From positions 6,775,387-6,838,923 of the forward strand of contig NC_068997.1 in NCBI RefSeq assembly GCF_001194135.2: a DNA stretch of 63,537 nt. Direction: 5' to 3'. Positions 56,742-63,537 of this stretch are shown here, one piece after another. The notes under the pieces were generated by a model. It saw nothing but the letters and a program-made list of their open reading frames with translations. It did no database searches and was not told the origin of the DNA. The DNA comes from Octopus bimaculoides (lineage: Eukaryota). Made by a program: the position numbers and the translations under genes. Position 1 is the first letter of the stretch. Each line of letters starts with the position of its first letter.

Positions 56742-59023
56742 NNNNNNNNNNNNNNNNNNNNNNNNNNNNNNNNNNNNNNNNNNNNNNNNNNNNNNNNNNN
56801 NNNNNNNNNNNNNNNNNNNNNNNNNNNNNNNNNNNNNNNNNNNNNNNNNNNNNNNNNNNNNNNNNNNNNNNNNNNNNNNNNNNNNNNNNNNNNNNNNNNN
56901 NNNNNNNNNNNNNNNNNNNNNNNNNNNNNNNNNNNNNNNNNNNNNNNNNNNNNNNNNNNNNNNNNNNNNNNNNNNNNNNNNNNNNNNNNNNNNNNNNNNN
57001 NNNNNNNNNNNNNNNNNNNNNNNNNNNNNNNNNNNNNNNNNNNNNNNNNNNNNNNNNNNNNNNNNNNNNNNNNNNNNNNNNNNNNNNNNNNNNNNNNNNN
57101 NNNNNNNNNNNNNNNNNNNNNNNNNNNNNNNNNNNNNNNNNNNNNNNNNNNNNNNNNNNNNNNNNNNNNNNNNNNNNNNNNNNNNNNNNNNNNNNNNNNN
57201 NNNNNNNNNNNNNNNNNNNNNNNNNNNNNNNNNNNNNNNNNNNNNNNNNNNNNNNNNNNNNNNNNNNNNNNNNNNNNNNNNNNNNNNNNNNNNNNNNNNN
57301 NNNNNNNNNNNNNNNNNNNNNNNNNNNNNNNNNNNNNNNNNNNNNNNNNNNNNNNNNNNNNNNNNNNNNNNNNNNNNNNNNNNNNNNNNNNNNNNNNNNN
57401 NNNNNNNNNNNNNNNNNNNNNNNNNNNNNNNNNNNNNNNNNNNNNNNNNNNNNNNNNNNNNNNNNNNNNNNNNNNNNNNNNNNNNNNNNNNNNNNNNNNN
57501 NNNNNNNNNNNNNNNNNNNNNNNNNNNNNNNNNNNNNNNNNNNNNNNNNNNNNNNNNNNNNNNNNNNNNNNNNNNNNNNNNNNNNNNNNNNNNNNNNNNN
57601 NNNNNNNNNNNNNNNNNNNNNNNNNNNNNNNNNNNNNNNNNNNNNNNNNNNNNNNNNNNNNNNNNNNNNNNNCATCCTGCGCCAAAAGTTGAGACTAATA
57701 TAATGAAATGCCTTTCTATTTATTAGAGACCCGGATGGAAAAGACTGCGATGTCCAACTTGGTTATTCAGGTAAGAATAATCTTTAAATTTCTGAATGTC
57801 TGAGACAAACAGTTGTTTGTAGGATTATCCTTTTACTGCATATTAACCTCACCTGGAAGATCTCTTTTTCTTTTTTTAATATTTCTAACTTTGCAGATTT
57901 AAATATTTAAAAAAAAGTAATGGATAAAGATAATAATCCGATAAATTGTATTTGTTTTAATAATAATTTTTTTTTTTCTGACATCTCAAATCACGCAACA
58001 ATATGTTTATATTTCTTGTTAATTATTGAATCAGATATGAAATTTTCTGAAATGAATTTGAATATTTTAATTAGGGAGCATCAGTTCCAGTAAAGTCGGA
58101 TCAGAAAAAAACTTCCAGGTAAAATCCATTTTTTATATACTCTTCTGCTCTGATTCATACAATATCAGGAATTAATTTTCATTAGGAAATCTACTTGTAT
58201 ATCAATATGATGGAATTATTCCTATTATCAGATTTAATAATCGGTACGCTGAAGTTTGAGAAGAAAATATGTGAGGGAAAGGAATATCTGACAGTTTAAC
58301 GGAACTAGAATGTTACAGGATTTGTGAAAGCAACGCACAATTCAGTTGTATGACAGGAGTTTCTGTGGTGATTGTAATGATGAGGTCTCTAACATGACGG
58401 AAAACAATAGGAATATTTACACCCACACATAGATAGTTAAGTTTTTCTAAAATCAAATCAAATGGTTGTTATTTAATCTAATATCAATACCATTCACTTA
58501 ACTTAAGAAACGTCTCATAGTTATCATACACAGATCAACACAAATGGAAATATTAATCTTGGAAGTATAAACTTTCAACCAGTTAATTCTGCGATCATAA
58601 TTCACTTAGTCACATCTTGCTTTTGGAAATGTGATTTTTCCATTTCCTCTTCCTTCAAAATACAGGCTGGAGCAGAGAAGACAGACGTTTTGAAATATAT
58701 ATATATATATATATANNNNNNNNNNNNNNNNNNNNNNNNNNNNNNNNNNNNNNNNNNNNNNNNNNNNNNNNNNNNNNNNNNNNNNNNNNNNNNNNNNNNN
58801 NNNNNNNNNNNNNNNNNNNNNNNNNNNNNNNNNNNNNNNNNNNNNNNNNNNNNNNNNNNNNNNNNNNNNNNNNNNNNNNNNNNNNNNNNNNNNNNNNNNN
58901 NNNNNNNNNNNNNNNNNNNNNNNNNNNNNNNNNNNNNNNNNNNNNNNNNNNNNNNNNNNNNNNNNNNNNNNNNNNNNNNNNNNNNNNNNNNNNNNNNNNN
59001 NNNNNNNNNNNNNNNNNNNNNNN

Positions 59024-59057
<34 letters not shown>

Positions 59058-60086
59058 CCGCATATACATAAGGATAGGCATATTAAAAGGGGGCCGTGGG
59101 AAAATTCATTTAAACAAAAGGGTTGGGAACCACTGATTTAGATGTTCCATTTTCGAAATATGATTATCTAAGTGTAGTCAAGGAGATAAAATGCATTATT
59201 TAATATTAAATCAATTGCATACAAAATGTCCCTCAGACAAGATAAACATTAGATGCCAGTCGAAGGAAATTTTAACGAAACTGTATTTAATAGTCCAAGG
59301 ATAATTCAGAAGGAATTTTATAATTCAAGCTTCGAAACTGATCCATGTAATACTTGTAGGGGTGGGGTCATCAATTACCAGTCTTATTTGATATCCTGTT
59401 GAATTTTGTGTCAATAGATTATTTAACAAATAAAACTTTGAGTATCTGTAATTTTGCGAAAAGTTACTTTCTGAACCACAGACAACTTGCTTAAAAATAA
59501 AATTAGTTTTTCTGTGACTGTAATTTTCTTCTAAGAACTAATTACAGCTGTTTCGGCTTGTGATCTTCATCAGCATGATATTATTTGGCTACTTTTAAAA
59601 TAGGGAAGGAGAAACAAAGAAAATACCTGCAGTGAGAAGTAAGAGACACACAAACCGTGTTGATAAAGAAGAGTCTGGCAAAATACTGTAAGTCGGCATT
59701 TTAAATATAGCAAACAAGAAATTCTTTTAGCATCATTCCACATTTCTCATCGCTTTCTTCAACAAACGTGTTTTACTCAGCATACTATGGTTGTTTTACT
59801 GAATCTTCACGTTGAACTTTATATCTATTCTGATTTTCATCATCGCAATACTCTGTCATGTTAATCCTATCTTTGCCCAACAGAACATGGTTTCAATGAA
59901 GCTTGTAGAAATGTACGTGTTTATTTTCATTTGATCTAATAATGAATGTTAGTATGATGCAGAGATAACTTGTAAATTATGGATAAGTAATTTCCTGATT
60001 TATAAATATGAAGGTGGGATTTGTATGTATGGCATCCTCAGTATTTTCGTTTCTACCTCTATATTTCTATGCTATACAATGCAACA

Positions 60087-60432
60087 GTGGAGGCGCAATG
60101 GCCCAGTGGTTAGGGCAGCGGACTCGCGGTCATAGGATCGCGGTTTCGTTGTGAGTGTTTATTGAGCGAAAACACCTAAGGCTCCGGCAGGGGATGGTGG
60201 CGAACCCTGCTGCACTCTTCTACCACAACTTTCTCTCACTCTTACTTTCTGTCTCTGTTGTACCTGTATTTCAAAGGGTCAGCTGTGTCACGCTGAATAT
60301 CCCCGAGAACTATATTAAGGGTACACGTGTCTGTGGAGTGCTCAGGCACTTGTACGTTAATTTCACGAGCAGGCTGTTCCGTTGATCGGATCGACTGGAA
60401 CCCTCAACGTCGTAAGCGACGCAGTGCCAACA
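60087..60432 (+). mobile_element. Family C SINE with internal deletions
   Basis: Same head and body as the other copies; TSD acaatgca(a/g)ca at 60076-60086 and 60433-60443. Confidence 0.9.
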
Positions 60433-61588
60433 ACAATGCAGCAATAGTCTGCTGCATAATATTTTTTGAATTTGACTCTTTTTATCAATGACGTTTGATC
60501 AGATCACATCATCTCAGGCCTGCCTTTCACACTCAACTTACCATCCTTTTTCATCTAATACTTTCTCTATTCACAAAACATGCTCGCCCTTGCGGATTTT
60601 GTGCTTTATTTGATAGCATGGACTCAAACTAAACTTTTTTATCTCTTTCCTTTTAAAATGTTAAGATTCTTCAGTTTTCACAACTATGCAGAACCATGTT
60701 TTTATAAACGCCTTACATAAGTCTGTCTTTTGGCTGTTCCTTAACGTTATTATTCCAAAATTCTAACTCAGGAACTTAAAGCCATTTATTTTTTTTAAAT
60801 ATTTGAACTTTACGAGTTTTGTGTCATATGCTCGGGTGGGAAATCTTAAGGTGATTTATTGGTTGGCAAAGAATACGTTTATTCGGTGATTTGCACATTA
60901 GCTTTATTTTAATTAAAAATTTAAATAATGTAGTGTCACTCATTTTGTTCTTGCTCAAGGAATATCTGAACATATTTATTGCAGGAAAAATGAAGCTGGG
61001 GTTTCACTCCACGAAACAGCTAATCCAGGTAAATTTTTACTTACAAATGTCTTTTAATGCAGCTTTCTGATTGAAATAGAATAGGTTTATATATTAAATC
61101 CCCATGGCATTCTTCAGTCTACACCGCTCATCACAAGTGAAATAATACATCGGAATAACAAAGACCAGCGACACCTTGTCCATAACCGATAAACGGTGAC
61201 GAAAAGGAAAGATGGAGAGAGCGCGAATGAATGTTACAGAACCGCATCGTCTGGATTAAGCGGGCAGAGCAGTGATATATCTAAAATTAATCGACCTCAC
61301 CACTTCTTAAATCGATATGTAAATTTACATTATATCTCTTTAAGCTGACCGATTCTGTACAAGATTGTCATTGTTGAGAACTAAACAGCACTTATAACAA
61401 ATGTCTTGCAGATTGGATCGAGCCTAATGCATAAAATTATCTCAAGAGATGGACGCTCTTAGTTTACAATGCATTTGAAACGGCTTTCCGTGGGTTTATT
61501 GCTTGGAATGTTTTCTTCATATTCTTATCTGAAAATATTTTCATGTTGTACTTGTCCCATCATATTAGATGGACATTTTTGTTCTCAG

Positions 61589-62019
61589 TATCGAACCGAA
61601 CATAAACATGGCGAGATCCACAGGGATTGTTTCGTCTACCAATGAAAATAGAAACCTGACAGGTAAACCTTCCTCCCAGAGATATTGGTATGCAATTTAA
61701 ACATTCATTGATATATTTATTTATTTATTCCGAAAGCTCTGTTCTCTATTGAAATGCCGGTGTCTCATTACAGTAGAAGAAATCTCTCCAACAGAAAAAG
61801 GAAATTTAAAAAGTATATTAAGCGGAAGACTAGACAACCTACCAACCTTACCAAGTTCCATCGTTCGAATATTTCTAAGTTCGACATTTAAAGGTAGGAA
61901 TTTTAATGTTTAAAATTATTCTAATTACTCATTTCTGACTGATTCACTTCTTTATTCCAGCGAAGAACTGTAACTTCCAACAGGCTTTATATCCAGACCA
62001 AAAGCTTAGAGAACTGGAC
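61589..62019 (+). CDS. Two candidate exons (61589-61662 and 61961-62019) of an unidentified transcript
   Basis: Clean polypyrimidine-AG/GT boundaries; joined in phase from ATG 61608 they read MARSTGIVSSTNENRNLT-AKNCNFQQALYPDQKLRELD. No recognisable domain. Confidence 0.3.
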
Positions 62020-62055
62020 GTAATTTGATTAACTCTTAATGAGAAATATAAATCT

Positions 62056-62087
<32 letters not shown>

Positions 62088-62175
62088 TAACTGAGCTAGG
62101 TTTAGACTGGAGGAATTAGAAACTATGATAGCGGAAGAGGGGCAGGTGTGTAGATGAAGAAGTGAATACATGAGC

Positions 62176-62177
<2 letters not shown>

Positions 62178-62268
<91 letters not shown>
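62178..62268. repeat. (GA)n microsatellite
   Basis: Directly visible. Confidence 0.95.
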
Positions 62269-62273
<5 letters not shown>

Positions 62274-62346
62274 AAGAAAGAAATGTGAGGTCCAGGTACT
62301 ATGTGAATATGAGAGACAGAATAGGAAGTGTAACTGAGAGAAAATA

Positions 62347-62510
62347 ATGTGCACAGTTGTGAAAATTGACTGTCCAGCGGATGTTAATATAAAGCTGAAG
62401 ATCAGTGAAAAAGAAAACACCTATGCTGAACTAATGAGAAATCTGCAGTTATTCTATCCAGATTACAAGTTCAGTTTCATACCTGTAATTATTGGGGCCC
62501 TGGGATATAA
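62347..62510 (+). mobile_element. RLE-type non-LTR retrotransposon endonuclease fragment
   Basis: CTVVKIDCPADVNIKLKISEKENTYAELMRNLQLFYPDYKFSFIPVIIGALGY; EK..Y..L...PVIIGALG motif. Confidence 0.7.
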
Positions 62511-62649
62511 ATACCAGTCAGTCCCCATCTCCGCAAGATACTTCCTCATCTGCTGGGACTATGTGGCATGTGGTCGAGCCAACACAAGCCATCAACCCAT
62601 TCGAATTCGGATCCTCAGTGAAGAGAACACGGTAAGGCATTTGATTCGG

Positions 62650-63150
62650 TGGACATAGATGTGCTTTGGAGGATTCTGATGCTGCGAAGTAAATCCTCCT
62701 CTCATCTGATTGGGTCGATGATGTCCTTTGTACACCGGAACAGTCAGTGCAGTTCATCTAGGGGAGCACAGCATCTGACTTCTTCCCAATTAGATCTGGG
62801 GGTCTGTCAGGGTTTTGTCTTGCCCCTCCCCCCACCTCTCTGTTTCGTGGATTTGATATTTGGCCGAATGGTGGCTCGATCGAGCTGTGATCTACTCATT
62901 GGTGAAATTAGGAATGCAGACCTATATTTTGCACATGACGCATTTATTCTTGCTGAATCTCTGGATGCCTTAAAGAGCACTCTCCTTTCTCAGAGTGAGG
63001 AACCGGAACCACTTGACTTTAGAGTTTTCATGTTATTGAGTATCTCGAATTTCTAGCCTTGTACTTCAGTTAGAAACGACCGTTGTAATCGGAAAGGATT
63101 GATGGGTTACGCTTTTGCGGTCTGTATTCGTATCCGAAATCGAGATCGAG
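62650..63150 (+). mobile_element. RTE-like LINE reverse transcriptase remnant
   Basis: GVCQGFVL...FVDLIFGRMVARSSC...ADLYFAHDAFILAESLDAL...EEPEPLDFRV resembles GVRQGCVL...DLDFADDAVIFAE...EE.EPLGLRVS. Confidence 0.78.
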
Positions 63151-63164
63151 GTTGACAGAAACGG

Positions 63165-63362
63165 TAGAGCGCCCTGAGTTCAAAATGCTTAGCGGCATTT
63201 CACCCGTCTTTATGTTCTGAGTTCAAATTCCGTCGGGGTTGACTCTACCTTTCATTCTATCGGGGTCGATAAAATAAGTACCAGTTGAGTACTGTGGTCA
63301 AGGTAATCGATTTAGCCACCCCACCCCCGAAATTGCTGGCCTTGCGCCAAAATTTGGAACCA
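63165..63362 (+). mobile_element. Family A SINE
   Basis: aaatgcttagcggcatttcacccgtctttatgttctgagttcaaattcc...ggtcgataaaataagtaccagt...ggccttgcgccaaaatttggaa. Confidence 0.85.
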
Positions 63363-63388
63363 ATATTTAATATACACTTTGGAAACAT

Positions 63389-63520
63389 TTGTTGTTGCTG
63401 TTGTTAGTTAGCCCTCAGACGTATCAACAATATGCCTAAATAAAAAAATTAAAAAATTTGAAAAAAGATAAATTCATATTGTTGATACGTCTGAGGGCTA
63501 ACTAACAACAGCAACAACAA
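63389..63520. repeat. Perfect 46-bp inverted repeat with 40-bp A-rich spacer
   Basis: 63389-63434 is the exact reverse complement of 63475-63520. Confidence 0.9.
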
Positions 63521-63537
63521 TAACAATAAACAATAAA

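Noticed and set aside
1077-59136. Long poly-X ORFs in the track (e.g. 1077-1555, 16409-17092, 20151-21257, 25875-26654, 44274-44744, 56660-57685, 58602-59136)
   Set aside because: They are read-through of N gaps and flanking microsatellites, not genes.

Overview
AT-rich, intron-rich animal genomic DNA with many N gaps. The tRNA-derived SINEs, dense microsatellites and mariner/LINE debris match what is known of Octopus; this assignment is inferred. Reading splice sites by hand, the window holds two paralogous secreted ADAMTS-type (M12B) metalloprotease genes arranged tail-to-tail. Gene A is on + (ATG 3429 to at least 24931; 18 exons found, one more predicted inside the N gap 20256-21062). Gene B is on - (ATG 52451 to at least 29528; 19 exons forming an uninterrupted 799-codon frame). 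Both have the same exon/phase skeleton: signal peptide, prodomain, zinc protease, disintegrin-like domain, one TSP1 repeat and a cysteine-rich region. In both, the cysteine-rich region is interrupted by two PAN/Apple exons of exactly 234 nt (phase 1-1), and no spacer domain or C-terminal TSP1 array is visible. This ADAMTS-with-internal-tandem-PAN architecture is the main discovery candidate. Beyond gene B are small +-strand exon candidates of an unidentified transcript, several SINEs with target-site duplications, mariner, pogo, Penelope, RTE and R4-like remnants, and several foldback elements. Terminal exons of A and B were not resolved. No database search could be run.
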